Assembly: GCA_964187785.1 (NCBI GenBank)
Contig: OZ076409.1
Location: 77,564,001 to 77,628,000 of the forward strand
Source of the DNA: Amphiscolops sp. MND2022
Lineage: Eukaryota
Length of the DNA stretch: 64,000 nucleotides
Direction of reading: 5' to 3'
The notes beneath the pieces were generated by a model. That model saw only the letters and a list, made by a program, of their open reading frames with translations. It was not told where the DNA came from and made no database searches. Shown piece by piece: positions 35,058 to 48,905 of this stretch (position 1 is its first letter; each line of letters begins with the position of its first letter). Both the position numbers and the translations under genes were made by a program.

Positions 35058-37994
35058 CAGTAGCGTTCTAAAATATCGCAACTCCAATGCTCAAAAATGC
35101 CATTTTCAAATCAAAAAATCTTGAAAACTACTAAGATTTCAAAAAATTGTCAGTCGGGAAAGTTTCTCAGATTTTACAACTTTTCAAAAATCAGAAAAAA
35201 ATGTACTCTATATTGTGTCCATGAACACTGCAACATATGTATCAAGATAGGCAATAGCAATATTGTATTTAGAAAATTGATGAATCCTATTTGAAATCGA
35301 AAAAAGTATTTCAATCAAATTATACCTGCATCCTCAGGAGATTTGAGGGCATATGATTGACTGAACAGTTTCAAAAATAATTTTTCAGCTTTGTTAAAAT
35401 CAAGAAAAAGTGCAAATTTGATATAAACTTTAAATTTCATAAAAAATTACAATTTCTAACATTTGTAATTTTTGTTGCAGACAATTCAAACAAACATTTT
35501 GGTAAACTAGATGTCACAGTCCGCTCCCGGACTGGGTTGTGGGTGTCTGAGATTCAGTTTTGGACGAGGCCATGGCTGCACCGCGAGGTTTGCGAAAACT
35601 TATTTCAACTACTAAAACTAACAGATAAAGTGTGACAAAAACAAGCCACGTCTAGATCACGCAGATTTCTAGACAATATTGAGTACTAAGGATTGAACAA
35701 ATTTGAAAATGATTTTTCACGCATTTCTGGTAAAACGTTTCAGCCACATCAAAATAGTAACATTCGCCACCTGAAAACTAAATTAAAACACGTTTTAAAA
35801 AAAAAGATAGCATAGGCTAATCTAAATGAAAACACATCCAAAATCATCTCCAAAGAGAACATCAATCAGATCTAAAATAGAAAATACATTGAGATGGCAC
35901 GCCGAAGAAATTAGGCCTTTTCTAAGAAAGGCAGCTTAATTACTCTTTCAACAGCAATTAGTGTGGTTTAGGACGACAATATTGCGTCAAGTAAACAAAT
36001 CGGTGGAAGAAATAAGAATGCATGTATATTTGTCGTCAGTAAGACGCAGACAAAATTGAATGTATTCCAATTGACGTCACTGCCTCGCCTATACGTACCA
36101 GAAAATCATTCCGATTATCCGCCTATATTAATAGCCTTACTAGAAATCATTCCAATTTACCGCCAATGTGAAGTCACTACTCCGGCAGCTAGCTAGAAAA
36201 TCATTTCTAAAATACTCGTCAGCATTGCGTCAAACTAGTCAAAATCTGAGTTCTGCTAAGAAAACTCGTCAACATGACATTGACAAGTTTATGAAATTAG
36301 ATGAATCAGGTGAATTTGCTCTATTAAGCTAAGGGAAATACGCTAGTACAACGTCAAGGATCCCTCGAAATTAGCTGTTTTAACTTTTCCAGGATGGTAA
36401 ATTGAACACCCAACTTAACGGAATTAATATGAGGAAAACGTTTGTTCTGCTCAGTTTAACCAAAAGGAATAAGGGGTAGCAAATTGCGTCCATTTCTCGT
36501 CGACAAAAATGTTATTCATCTGAAAATACAACAGGAAACGAATCCTAATCGAAATTTTTTGGTATCCGCTAAAGACAAGAGTCCAATTTATGTTCTTGTT
36601 GCTAAACAAGTAATTAAATTTATTACACGAAGTTTTTTTACACACCGATAGTGCTGTGAAATTTGGATTTGCTATTTGTTAATTTATACCAACTCATTTT
36701 AGTATGGCATTTAGTGTTATTTTATGAATATGATCATCAACACTGAAGTACATTAATATCATAACACTACATTTGAAGTTTCTTGTTATTGTTGACGTTA
36801 TTTTGTAAACTTGTCGCGCTTGGCGCGTCAGGACTAAATTGTTGGTAATGAATGTATTCAATATTGCGATTTGAATCTTATTCCCAACGCAAAGAGTGAG
36901 TCCAAATCCATTTAAAATATTGTCTTAGCATCGCTCAAGCAATCGTAACTTGGAAATTAGTCATATTTTCCTCAAATTGAAATTCACAATCAGGTATTAG
37001 TTGTTCACGTCAGCGTCATCTCAGCGTCAATTTCCCACGAACCAAAACAGTAAAACAGGGAATCATTTCCGGTTTGATAGACCGAAGTAATATGTACTTC
37101 CTGTTTGGGGGGAAACCAAAGGACGCCGGGATGAAATGATATGTTCGTGATAAGTGACTAATATCAAAAATTGTAGTCGTGTCTCAAAATTTGACGAAAT
37201 GTCGACCCGAATTTGGGATCTTAATGATTTTTTCATCGATAAAACTGGAAATGACTAATTGTTTGAGGAAAATTTGGGAAATAGTCGTGATCAAATGATG
37301 CTGGGAGGGTATAAATACGGTAGAATTTGATGATTGAAGGACTCAGTCTTCTCCAATTGTGAAAACCAGTTATTCCATAACTTGTCTATTTTCTCAATTC
37401 TCAATCTCAACTTTTGGAAACACTCTGAAAATAAATTGAATTCTTCCGAATCAATTCTCTCTACATCAAAATGTCTAACACGAGAAGCCAGAAAAGAAGA
37501 AACAACCAGCAAGAGGCTGTTGAAAATGTAAGTGAAGGTTTTGTTTCACCAGTTGTAGTGGAAGACTCTTGTCCTTTGAACCAAGAAGTAAGCGTTGCAG
37601 GCCCGTCTAATCCAAAATCTCCAAGAATCGAAGGTAGCTTCTTAGAAAGTTTAAGAGCCTCTCTAAAAGAAGAGATCACGTCCGAGATCAAGAATCGCCT
37701 TGTAGAGTCCCAAAGAGAAATGCTGACTTCTTAAACCTGAAACAAGAGAAAATGTTAAGGAAAACGTCGAAGAAGAAACGGAGAATGTAACTAGGAGTTT
37801 CTACACCCCTACAAAACCGGTTAGAATTAACTCTACCCAAAACAACGATACGAATGTAAGTCGTAACACTAGATAAAATTCTAAGGAACTTTCCTAGCTG
37901 ACAATTTTTCTGCATTTGAGACAGTTCGCGAGTTTTTTAGTTTTGAATTTTGTCATTGTGAGTAATGGAGTTGCAATATTTTAGAACGCTACTG
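35058..37994. mobile_element. Tc1/mariner-type MITE (~575 bp) interrupted by a solo LTR
   Basis: Terminal inverted repeats CAGTAGCGTTCTAAAATATCGCAACTCCA / TGGAGTTGCAATATTTTAGAACGCTACTG, with TA on both sides (35056-35057, 37995-37996). Confidence 0.9.
35512..37868 (+). mobile_element. Solo LTR (family B, 2357 bp) containing a frameshifted gag-leader ORF from 37471
   Basis: TGTCACA...CGTAACA termini; CTAGA target duplication (35507-35511, 37869-37873); TATAAATA at 37310; 3' part homologous to 61147-61956, where a PBS follows. Confidence 0.9.
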
Positions 37995-38981
37995 TATTTG
38001 TTTGCCTTACAAACAAGAAGTAAAAGAATCCAGCTCATCAGGGTCGTATGGCAAACTTCTCGCGTATACCCTGTCCAGAGTTGCTAGGACCTCCGGTGTA
38101 TCGTTCATCGGAACAATTTTTTGGCCGAGACCTTAGACCTATTCTCTCTTGAAAAGTCCTGTCATGTCCCATCTCTATGTTGAAGTCAGCAACCCCAAAG
38201 GTCGTCAGAGTTGCCCCATTTGAAACTGGAAACGTTGAGGGCTGTAGACAGCACATCACCGTCCCGTTGACCTCCAACACTCTCTTTATGGCTGCCATTA
38301 TGGTGTCGGTTATCTAAGACCCTCTTAGCGTCTGATCCATTCGCAACATGCCTGCATTAGTTACACTCATTCTGTTAAAATTCTCTGTTTTATTTCAATC
38401 CGTTTCATATCAGTCTGTTTCAATTTCATTGGCGGCTGTGTCATGTTTTAGTCAACATATTGTTTTTCTTTCGTTCACATTTCCAACCAAGTTTTGACCA
38501 ACCTCCTGACCAATGGAGTTCAGTTTGGTATTCGTCAGTCATCAACAACTCGGTCACTTTCTGGATTACTATTTCTTGTTCCTTCCACGAACAATTGTCG
38601 ACCTACTTGAGCTCCGGGGTTGCGTTCCTCCGTTTGATTATTCCTCGAAACTTTGTGATAGTGTCCTTCGTCAAAGGTCTCTACTTCCGCTCGACGTTCA
38701 GGGAAACAGATTCGGGTTTGTTCATTTTAGTTTTCTAACTCGAATTTCATCTGTGTTTTTTTCAGTTTGACTACTTGTATTTCCTCGATTGTGAAATGTG
38801 GGACATAATTCTCCTACTGTCGTCTATGCTCTCCTGAGGCCTTTTTCAAATCGGTTCTGCAGGTACCATGTGTCCTTTCTTCGTTTCTGATTGTCTGTGG
38901 GTGTTTTTTTGTCCCATAGTGGTTGGTGATCCACAAACTAAATGTGAGCAACTGCAGCAATCTGTTGTTGCGTGGACCTGT

Positions 38982-39685
38982 TGTAACGTCAAAGAGTTGG
39001 CACCAAAACCTCGAAGAAAGATCAAAAAGTGTGCGTCTCAGAATGGCCGTCCTGGCAGGTCCCTGGAGTCAGAAGAGAGAAGTAAGAAGACCGCAAAAAG
39101 AGACCCCACCCGAAAAACCCGTATAGTCAGACAACCGAAAACGTCCAGTAGCTGAAAGAAGGCAAAGCCCAATGTTGTGCAATCTGATGCAGAAATAACA
39201 AGAGTCTGACAGAAAGATGAAGAATATGCAATTCCTGTACGAATGTTACCCGAGACTCACAACTCTTTGAAAACAGTCCCGAATACCTTTTCAGTGCTAT
39301 TCTGTAGTGTTTTTATAGATTTTCAAGTGCTGGATAATGTTGGACCTTCCAGTTCGCAATTTTAGATCTTATTCATAGAATAGAATGTACTTCGGCTAAG
39401 CAGCTGTTATTGGACATCGGAGGTATGTACGAGGCTGCAGGAACGTCAGGAACCTTGGACTTTGTTTTCACAAGCTTGTGGGGCGTTTCCGGACTTTGAG
39501 AGTGCCGGCACGTGGCCTCGGAGCTCTAATTTGAGGAGCCTCCTTTGACGTATGGAAAGTCCCCCTGGGAGAACATTTTGTGACAAAAACTGATCTCTAG
39601 GGCTGTAGTAAGACAACGGTCTCATGTTTAAGCACCCTAGGCTTTATCCCACTTCTATGATGTACGCTGCTAGGTGGACGTTACA
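38982..39685 (+). repeat. 5' LTR of family D element (704 bp)
   Basis: TGTAACGTC...GACGTTACA inverted termini; 39082-39685 is repeated at 54555-55160. Confidence 0.9.
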
Positions 39686-39701
39686 TCTAGAATAGTTTCT
39701 A

Positions 39702-39718
39702 TGGCGACCACAGAGGGG
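39702..39718 (+). promoter_or_regulatory. Possible PBS, tRNA-Arg-like
   Basis: TGGCGACCACAGAGGGG, 16 nt downstream of the LTR end; resembles tRNA-Arg 3' complements from memory. Confidence 0.45.
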
Positions 39719-42097
39719 TATTTTTCATTTTTGCGTCCTGTTAGGAGTTTTTACTGCTTTCCGGCCCTGTTAGCTCCCGATCTAGGAAAACATTTTGGAG
39801 GGTCCTAGATTGCTTTTATTGCCTTAGTGAAGCCTAGTACGCTTTCTTCTAACGGAATTCCTGCGTTTCCTATGTACTTCTGAGGTCTGGAACGGAAAAT
39901 AACCGTTTAATAGCAAAGTACCGTCTTGACCCCTTTCAATCTTGTTGAAATTAACCATCCGGCTTAACTGGATCTTGTTCTAAAGGGTTGTGTAGCCTCA
40001 TTTCAGCTTATTTGTAATGTATGGGAACAGTGAGGACGCGGAGTGAAGCTCTCCACCAGTTGTGACGAAGACGTGACGACCTTCACGACTCTATCTCCCC
40101 ACACCCAATGATTGCAGCACCCACGACAGTTGCTGGGTTACCTGGTCCCTTTTCGCATTTCTTAGCTTTGAAAGCGTATTCCCAGGCCTAACTGTACCCA
40201 TACTAACTGAGACAAGTACCCAGAGGGTATTCCGATTGATTTCTGGAAAATATAGCGAGCTAGACATAACCCTTGAAATAGCTCAAATTTCGACTTAGTG
40301 GTTTTGAAAGCCTAAAATTTTTGGAGAAGGGTACGGCCAACGGGAACACAATAAAAACGTTTCATCAGACCTGTCAAGTCAGGAACAGAAAAGGTTGTTT
40401 GACTAGATTACGAAAACATTAAAAAAAGTAGCAAATTTTGTTGAAAAGTAGAAAATTTGGCCTATTGGACCAAAATTGACGAGAGCAAAGCCTCAGGCAC
40501 TTTCACCTGAGACTTTAGAGTAGTCCAAAAACCCTAATTTTGTGCTTGGTAGTACAAAACACTACTGCCAAGACGTTTTGTGGCCTTGCCCAATAGAAAA
40601 TGGAACCTTATCAACGTCTTTCTTTTGTTATACATAGACATGAGTATAGGATGCCATAGACATGAGTAGTATAACATAAAATATAATATCTGAAAAAACC
40701 GAGTGTCCAAAATGAAATTGTAACACTTTCTTATGCTACTGTTATAACAATTCGGAACGTCTGAATGCTGCGAGACTAAAATTTTTGGTGAAATTACGTT
40801 ATTTCAGAACTGTCCCGAAAGTGTAAAAAGTGTGATCTGTGAATTTTTCAAGAGATCTTAATTGGAACCTACCAGCTTTCGCGTGCCTTTTTTCTGTTAG
40901 CATAGAGTGTAACGTTACTGACGCGAAACACTGCAAGCAATTCTAACCAGTGGCGGCCGAGAAATAGCCATAAAACTTATTTTTTTTGCGACAATTTCGG
41001 AACAATGGAGTACCATTCCTGAGACAGGGCGAAATCTCTCCAAGTAGGAGCCGCTCAAAACAAAAAGCACCAACGTGTAGACCGCAAACCGTTACGTTAG
41101 TGGTGTAATTTTGGTATTGCTAGCACTACTGGTGATTGGGAAATCTTAGCCGCAGTTTCGCTCGAAAATCGTACGAAAGTGTCGAAAAAACTGAATTTCA
41201 GTTGAGCATAGTGCACTATCTCATAGACATTCCAGCACTCAAGTTTTGGCATTTTTGCACACACGGCGCTAGATCCCGACGATTTGTGCATTTTGAGCAG
41301 CTTGCTATTGTCCAAAAAAAATTGACACTTTTGTGAAATTAAACCCAAAAAATTAGTACCAAATGTACTTCATACTTTTGTCAACTCAAAATGTCGAATA
41401 TTGCCCGGGGAACCTCGCTATTTCGTTTTTCTTTTATGTGCGTGTAATTTACGCTCGCATACGAAATTTTAACTAGCTAAGACGCCAGGCAGGCGAGTTT
41501 GACAAATTTTTGCGACTTTCACAACTTAGTCAAGTTTCTTAACAACTTTGTTAAGCGACTGCGTTCATCATAGAATCCATTTTAGCGCAATCCAGGGCAA
41601 TTCCCCACGATTTCGCTAGTCTAGTACACTAGTCTCCGCCTCCACGGTCCTTCCCAGGGTGTATCCTGGTCCCAATATAACACTATCTCTCCAAGCTCCT
41701 GCTCATCGAAAAAGCGCGGTACAAATGGAGAACGACACGCCTGAAGCGCCCCACGTTGTAATAATTGGAAAGCCCTAAAAGCACAAAAGTCCAAACAATA
41801 CTCACCACAAACGCTAGCGAACATTGACTTTGGTGAGTGGGAATAACCCCCAAGATAAACCACTAGACATACAGAAAAACCCCGTGACGACAATCCACTA
41901 AGGTTCATGTTTCGATTGCCACCGATAGCAGGCCCCAGTGCCCGCATAGCCGACACATAACGAATGGAACAAACCCTGGGGTCTAGAATAAGTAGCGCGA
42001 CCGCTCCGGATTCCACCATCACAAAAGGTATAAAAGAGTCGAAGGCCAATAAAGAGGATTTTAAACACAGCCTATCCAAGCAACCGCGCTCGCTCGA

Positions 42098-45000
42098 GTG
42101 AACAATGAGCTTGCCCTGCGGGCTGATGTGATCATGAGGGACATGGACGAGATGCGCAGAGGACTCAAAGAAATACAAGCTGACGGACTTACGAGTCAAG
42201 AGAGTTTAAAAGCGTTAAAAGCCACGATCAATGATCTAATTAGACAACGTGAAAATCTAGCCGACGACCGTATGTCTGAAATGTCAACCATCATGAAGTA
42301 AAGAAGTTGTCAAGCAGAGGAACGCCTGAAACTCGTGTCAAAACTCATACAACGTCGGAGTTTTGATGCCAACAACCGTATTGTGCAGCTGATGACAATG
42401 GCAAGACCTGATCTTAGGTTTCAGAGAGGTAGTAGCACAAATCGCTGCAGCGCAGGCGCGCCCTTCACCAATACCGGTAGCACAGAATTCAGCGAGCATG
42501 CCCTTTACCAGTGCAAGCCACGAAACAAAAGGAACTCGGCCTAATGGAGAACAAGCCAAGCAGCCCCAACTGATACCGCCTGCCACTTACAAAAGAGAGC
42601 CTATGAAGGCTAACAAGATGGCGAGAGTGATGCAAGCCGAATCGCGAGACGCGGATCTGACCCAATAACAGACTTTTTGTCATTCGACCCATTGCACGCG
42701 ATGCCTCGACTACAGGAGATTACTACTCCGCGGAGAGCTGTCTGATCACAAGAAAATCAGACTACCACACTGCATTATCGGCTAGAGTGCAAATACCAAT
42801 CCACCGATAATGTCCTTCAGATAAAATCCTCCGCGGCCAGTGGCCTCTAGCACTCAGCAAAAAAATCAATGTAAAAAGAAACTTAGCCCCGAGTCAAGAC
42901 GACACAGAAGCAATGGTGGAACCAAAATACGACATTACGGGGACACGTAGATCCATGCAACGACAAGCATTAGCAGAGGCGATTTCGACGGCCATGTCCA
43001 AAACTCTAGGACCGCTACTAGCGGCCAAAGAGACAAACAACAAGCCGACAAAGTATAGAGGTACCAGGAATAGAGGTAGACGGGAATGTCGATAGTTGTA
43101 TGATGTTGATGAAGCGGCACCTAGAGAAGGCACATGCCAAAGCAGCTCCTCTCGATGAAACTTGGACGATAATCGAGTTTTTAGAGTATGAAGCGAGAGA
43201 TTACATCACCATGAAGTCAGAGGCTGAAAGGAACACCTATGAGAAAATGTTCGCATCACTCGCACGTAGGTTCGGCAAGGGATCAAGTGAAATCCACAAT
43301 CAACAACAGTTTCGTACACTCAACCAGAATGGTGACAAGGATTACATGCAATACCTCGATGCCCTCGAGGTCTTACGCAGCCAGGGTTTACCGAACGAGG
43401 AGGTAACGGTGAGACGCTGCGAAATCATGGAGAAGTCCATTGAAAGAGTGAGAAACATTTAGCTGAAACGGAACCTCGCGCTAGGGCATGCACAGGAACA
43501 AAACGTTGAAGCACCGCCAACAGTGGAAGCGCTTCGCTTCACGGTTCAGCACAACCTACGCATGTGTGGCTCTTCCCGTTCAAAATTTACCCTATATCGC
43601 GTCAGCGACAACAGCCAGCACCCGCCAACCAACAAAATCAGGTACTGGTTGCGCCCCGCCAGCGCCCAGTGCTCCGCAACTGCACCAACAGCTTGCTTGT
43701 GGCTTATAGACCGCAACCACAGAGAGCATGTTTAATTTGCGGAGACCCCTACACTTTGTAATTGGCCGCTGAAAGAACGCGCGCGGAAGCCCGTGCAGCA
43801 GCAAGTGAATTCTTGCAACACTAACTCTACTGCAGGATGGACATGTCCTTCAATACCACCTGGTATCAATTACGATGTATTCCCAGCCACGTTACCGGTG
43901 CAACGAACTTTAGCTTTTTGTATGAATTGTGATCGTACAGAGCATTTTGCATCTTCTGATTGCATCGTGCCTGAGAACGTGCAGCATAAGGATCAGGTAA
44001 GAGCGGCGTGGTACGCCCCGTCCCCCGCTCGCTTTGGCGGTGTAGAGTTGGACGAACAAGTGAGGGTAGTTTCTCTAGCCGATACTCGAGGACCATCGCG
44101 TCCAGTCATAGTGCTCACGACATTAGAAATACCAGCTCTTGATTGCACGGAAACTTTCTTTTCCATCCATGTGCTGGTATCAGCAGAACAGAAGTCGCGC
44201 CCACTAACTCTATCCCAAGTGAAGGAAGATACAAAATAGCCTCCAGGAAACCGCCAAACCTCACTAGAGACGACGAAACGTATTTGGCACCAATCGAAAA
44301 AGTAACGACAATTGCACCCGTACCGATTGCTATCAATGTCGATGGCGTTGACATGAAATTCGACGCGATAGTCGTCCTAGAAGGACAGTTGCGATGTTAC
44401 AACATTGGCGGGCAGGACGCACAAGGGGAAGGTCGCATTGACGAAAAGGCTTCCTTGGCAGTTGCCTCTGGCACAACCCTCCAGGAACCCATTCCGTTGT
44501 ATGGGATGATTAACACTGGCTCAGGAGTCTCCATTTTGTCCCTAAGAGCGTATCAGAAGATTGCTTCCTCTCATGTCCTCAGTCTCCTGCCATATGACAT
44601 CCAGCTTTATGCAGCAAATGGCAAAAGCATCAACACCGTCGGTTTTGGTGAAGACTTCAGCTTCCAACTGGGGGGCCACACGCTGAAAACGAACCATGTT
44701 TATTGTTACTGCCGACCAATTAGCTGAAGATTTTCTACTGTGCCGCAACTTTTTGCGGACGTAAAATGTTTTGGTGGACCCCACGGTAATGAGGGTAACC
44801 ATCAAGGACCACAAAGCTCTACGACAGTTTAAGCCAGTGCACAAGGTTAGTAAACCAGACCCATCCTTAGTAGTATCTACCGGATCAATTTTGCTAGCAT
44901 TACGATACATATATCGCAACGAACTAGCAAGATCTTGCTAGTTCAATTAACAGCCAAAAAACGCGTTTTGTTTCAGATACCTGTAACAAGTTTTGCTCGT

Positions 45001-48000
45001 TACACTGTGTGATTTGGCGTTACGCGTAGTAATCGAAATACAGTAAATGACTACTTTACATTCTCTACAATTACGTACTTTGACTGACTTCCACTTCACA
45101 CATGAATGGAAGCATCGTTTGGAGTTATTTTTACTCACGGTGTAAACCAAAATGTGACTGGTTTCCACTTTTCTCTAATTACGTACGCTCAGTCATCACA
45201 ATCCGCAATTTCTGATTACACTGTGCATCACAATCCATGATGAACACGGTGCACTGTTCGACTAGAATACGGTTCGCTCTCGTTTTACGGAAAAAACAGT
45301 TTACACTTGATGATAAATTCCACTTTTGCGGCATATGTATTGTAATGAGGTCCGTTCGAACGCAAACTAGTACAGGTAATATCCCAGCAAGCCAATGAAA
45401 ACCATTTTCGCAGTATGAAGATATGCCCTAGTGGCGTGCAGACAATTAGCACATTTGTTTCAGAAGACACATTGACGTCCGTCGGAGACGATGGGATAGT
45501 CTTCCACTCCCTAAAGAATGCGACTGCTACTGACAATTTCGTCGTCCAAGAACAAATCTGTCATCGGTAAAGCTGAACCAAAAACTTTTGTGTTCCAACC
45601 CACTTTTATTGAACAACGAGGTGAAGCCTCGAATATTCATTTGAACAAACTAACCGTATTCATACTGTTGACTTGAATGACACCAGCTCTGCTGAGTTTA
45701 GTTCGTTCGCTCAAAAGTTCTTGTCTTCCACTGAGATAACCGAGAAAGGCTTATCAGAAAACGAAAAACGCGCGAGAACACATCCTCCATTGCTAAACGC
45801 TATTCCTCGTCCCAGCTTTTCTCCCGTCTTTTCTTTCTGGGGGAAGAGGCAAGGCACCAACTAGCAACCGTTTTATTGAGTACGATGACTCATTTATGAA
45901 ACATAAAGCCGAGATTGGGAGATGCAAAAATTCTAAACATCGCATCGAACTAGAGCTAGAGGCTATCCTACATAATGAAGGGGCAAGGCGCATGTCTCCC
46001 GACGAGGCGGCCAAGGCGGACCAAGAAGTACACAACCTACTAGCCATAGGTCTGATACAACCTTCTTACTCGCCGTGGGCCAGTGGAATAGTCATGGTCA
46101 AAAAGAAGTCTGGCGAACTTCGCTTTTGCTATGATATCCGACCGCTAAACAATGTAACAGTAAAAAACGCTATTCCATTGCCGATGATAGATGGAAGTCT
46201 CGCGCAGGTTGGCGATGCAAAACTCTTCGCGAACATTGACTTATCATTGGCCTTCTGGGAAATACATTTGAAAAAGTGCGGTAGAAGAAAAACAGCGTTT
46301 GCCTGGGGGTTAGGTTTATTCGAATGGAAACGCATGCACTTCGCGCTGTGCAACACATCCGCAACTGCAGCACTCCATCACCAGAGCCTTACAAAAGATC
46401 AAGCAGCGACACATGAGTGTCGCCATGGCCTACATTGACGATATCATCATCGCTACGGAAACGATTGAAAATCATATAGTGAAGATAAAATGAGTGTTCA
46501 AATGTCTCAGAGATGCAAGTTTGAAGATGCGGGCAGAAAAATGGGACTTCATGCACACGGAGACCAAATATCTGGGACGAGTAGTTTCGGCTGAAGGCAT
46601 TAAGCCAGACCCGGAAGCAGTGAGCAAGGTCCAAGAGTTGTTGCCCCCAAGGAACAAAGAGGAGCTACAAAGCTTTCTGGGGTTTGCTAATTACTGCCGG
46701 GACTTCATCACGTTCCACGCTGTTAAAGTACTTCCTATGCAACACTTCTATTGGAAGGGGAAGCATCAGGAAGTGTTTGATTCCGTGAAACAAGCACTAG
46801 CTGAAGCTACTGCTTGGGCTGCACCGAACGATGAAGGACGTTTCGTTTTGGATACGGACACCAAGCACAAGAAAACAACGCAAAGACCATCTTGCGACCT
46901 ATCGTTTATGGCAGCAAGTCATTGACTCGAACGCACCTAAATTATGGCGCTCCAAAATTGGAAATATACGCAGTATTTCATTTCATTGAGAAATTCCATT
47001 CTTACCTGGAAGGCCGAGAATTCACGGTCCGCGAGCCGAGAAAACAAACTCCGCGCGTCTGGACCAATCCAACTTCGAGACAGTCCACCGACCCCGCACA
47101 CAGCATAGAAACAACGCTAACGGCCTTAGTAAAAGAACTAATGACTACGTGCATCGAGAAAAGATCATTGACACGCTACTACTCAAGAGCTTCCCACAAT
47201 ACCATACTTCGATAAACCTGGACGATTATTACTAGATCATCCAGACCTCCCGGATGAAGCTCGAGCCCGACTTCCCGTACTATACATCTTGCGGAATAAA
47301 TCAAGACAGACATCACCCGACAATCAATCTAATGATACCATCCCATGGTATCCACAAGTACAATGGGAAATAACTTCGACCCTTGACGAAGATGAAATAC
47401 CGAATTGTATAAGTTCCAAGGTGCCACCAGCATACCTGACACGACGGAAAGCGATCCAACATTACGCAGATTGCTCACTACTTGCCAAGATCCAGCAGAA
47501 GTTCTTAGAATGGTAGGGACTGAGCTACATGAACACCAGCTGACCAAGCGCGGTCTGAAAGATTTACACCTAGCTCAAAACCGAGATGTCCACCTTCTGG
47601 CACTAAAGAAGCTAATGAACAATGACACTTTACAAAATACGATCTTTCCGGAAGATGTGCAAGACTTCGCGAAACGTTACTATCATAAAAAACTTACTTT
47701 TCTTGAATCCTGATGACATTCTGTTCGTCAATTACGTTCCGCAACAATGTGTACTGCGCGTGCAATCGTGCATGATCGTCATACCTCAACTATACCAATT
47801 TGAAATCCTGTACAGAGCAAACGACAAATTTGGACATCTGGGCGTAAGGAAAGTGCCGGCGAGATTACATGAGAGACACACCTGGCCAGGCATCGAGCGT
47901 GATGTGGCAAACCACAATAAGCATTGCTTGACATGCCAACAACACAAACATTCAGCAGGGAACCCATGATATCCTCTACAAAGCATCAACAACAGCAACT

Positions 48001-48905
48001 TCAATTATCTAGTGCAGTTCGACAATCTGAAACTTTGCAAACCCGAGTCAGGAAATACAGGACTACTAGTCATTATAGACCAATTCACTAAATTTGCTGC
48101 AGTGGGTCCGTGTGCCCACAATGAATACGACGCACAAACGACAGCAAAGATCTCCATCCTAAACAAATGGTTTGCCAGGCATGGAACTCCGGCATGCAGT
48201 CTGATAACGCGACCAACTTCACGGCAGGGATAGCACAGTAACTCATGGAAGCGTCGCATATCACCAAAGTCACAACCACCCCAGCTCACAATAGAGGAAA
48301 AGGACTCACGGAACGACAAAATCGAACAATTTTCACACATTTTCGAGTCTACACATCACGCAGGATGTAAGACTGGGACGAGCACAAAGATAGAGTCTTG
48401 GGCGATAACAACTCGACTCGCCATGCAACAATTGGGTTTTCGCCCTACATGCTCCAACACGGAGCTGAAAAGATTCCAATATCGTTCATATCCACTGAGT
48501 TTGCCGCGCGAGGTTTTGATTTTAAAGAAGAGTTCGTAGCACCTATTAGCCAGACAAAATATTCACGAGCTACTCCAGAGAAATACACACCAGATATCGT
48601 TGAGACGAGAGCAAAAGTTTGATAAACACTCCAAAGCCAAAGCGCATGCCATAGGCGATGCAGTTTGTGTATTTTGCCACATAATACCAAAAGGTGGATC
48701 TCGCAAACTAATTCACGCTTGGCGCGGTCCTCACAAAGTCACCGATGTATTGCAAGATGGACGCTTATACGTGTTAGACACGGGCCAAAAGGTCCAATTC
48801 AAACTATTGGAAAAGCATGTCCCCGCAACTTGGGACTGGGCAGCACATCAGCCCTGTGGGCCGGGTCAGAACGTAGCTATAATAGCTGAACCTTACGCAC
48901 GATGA
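42098..48905 (+). pseudogene. Fragmented gag-pol of family D
   Basis: Gag piece (LEYEARDYI..LARRFG..YLDALEVL), knuckles (CLICGD, CMNCDRTEH..C), protease (INTGSGVSIL..AANG), RT (SPWASGIVMVKKKSGELRFC, AYIDD, LQSFLGFANY), RNase H (LDTD, YGSKSL..LEIYAV), integrase (GHLG..CLTC, IIDQFTK, WRGPHKV); many stops and frameshifts. Confidence 0.9.

Noticed and set aside
38038..38950. Minus-strand gag/protease remnant (FPVSNGATLTTFGVADF)
   Set aside because: Suggestive of a retroelement protease, but no catalytic motif or boundaries could be recovered.
41621..42199. 192-aa minus-strand ORF and similar short antisense ORFs over gag/pol regions
   Set aside because: No recognisable domains; best explained as shadow frames of retroelement sequence.
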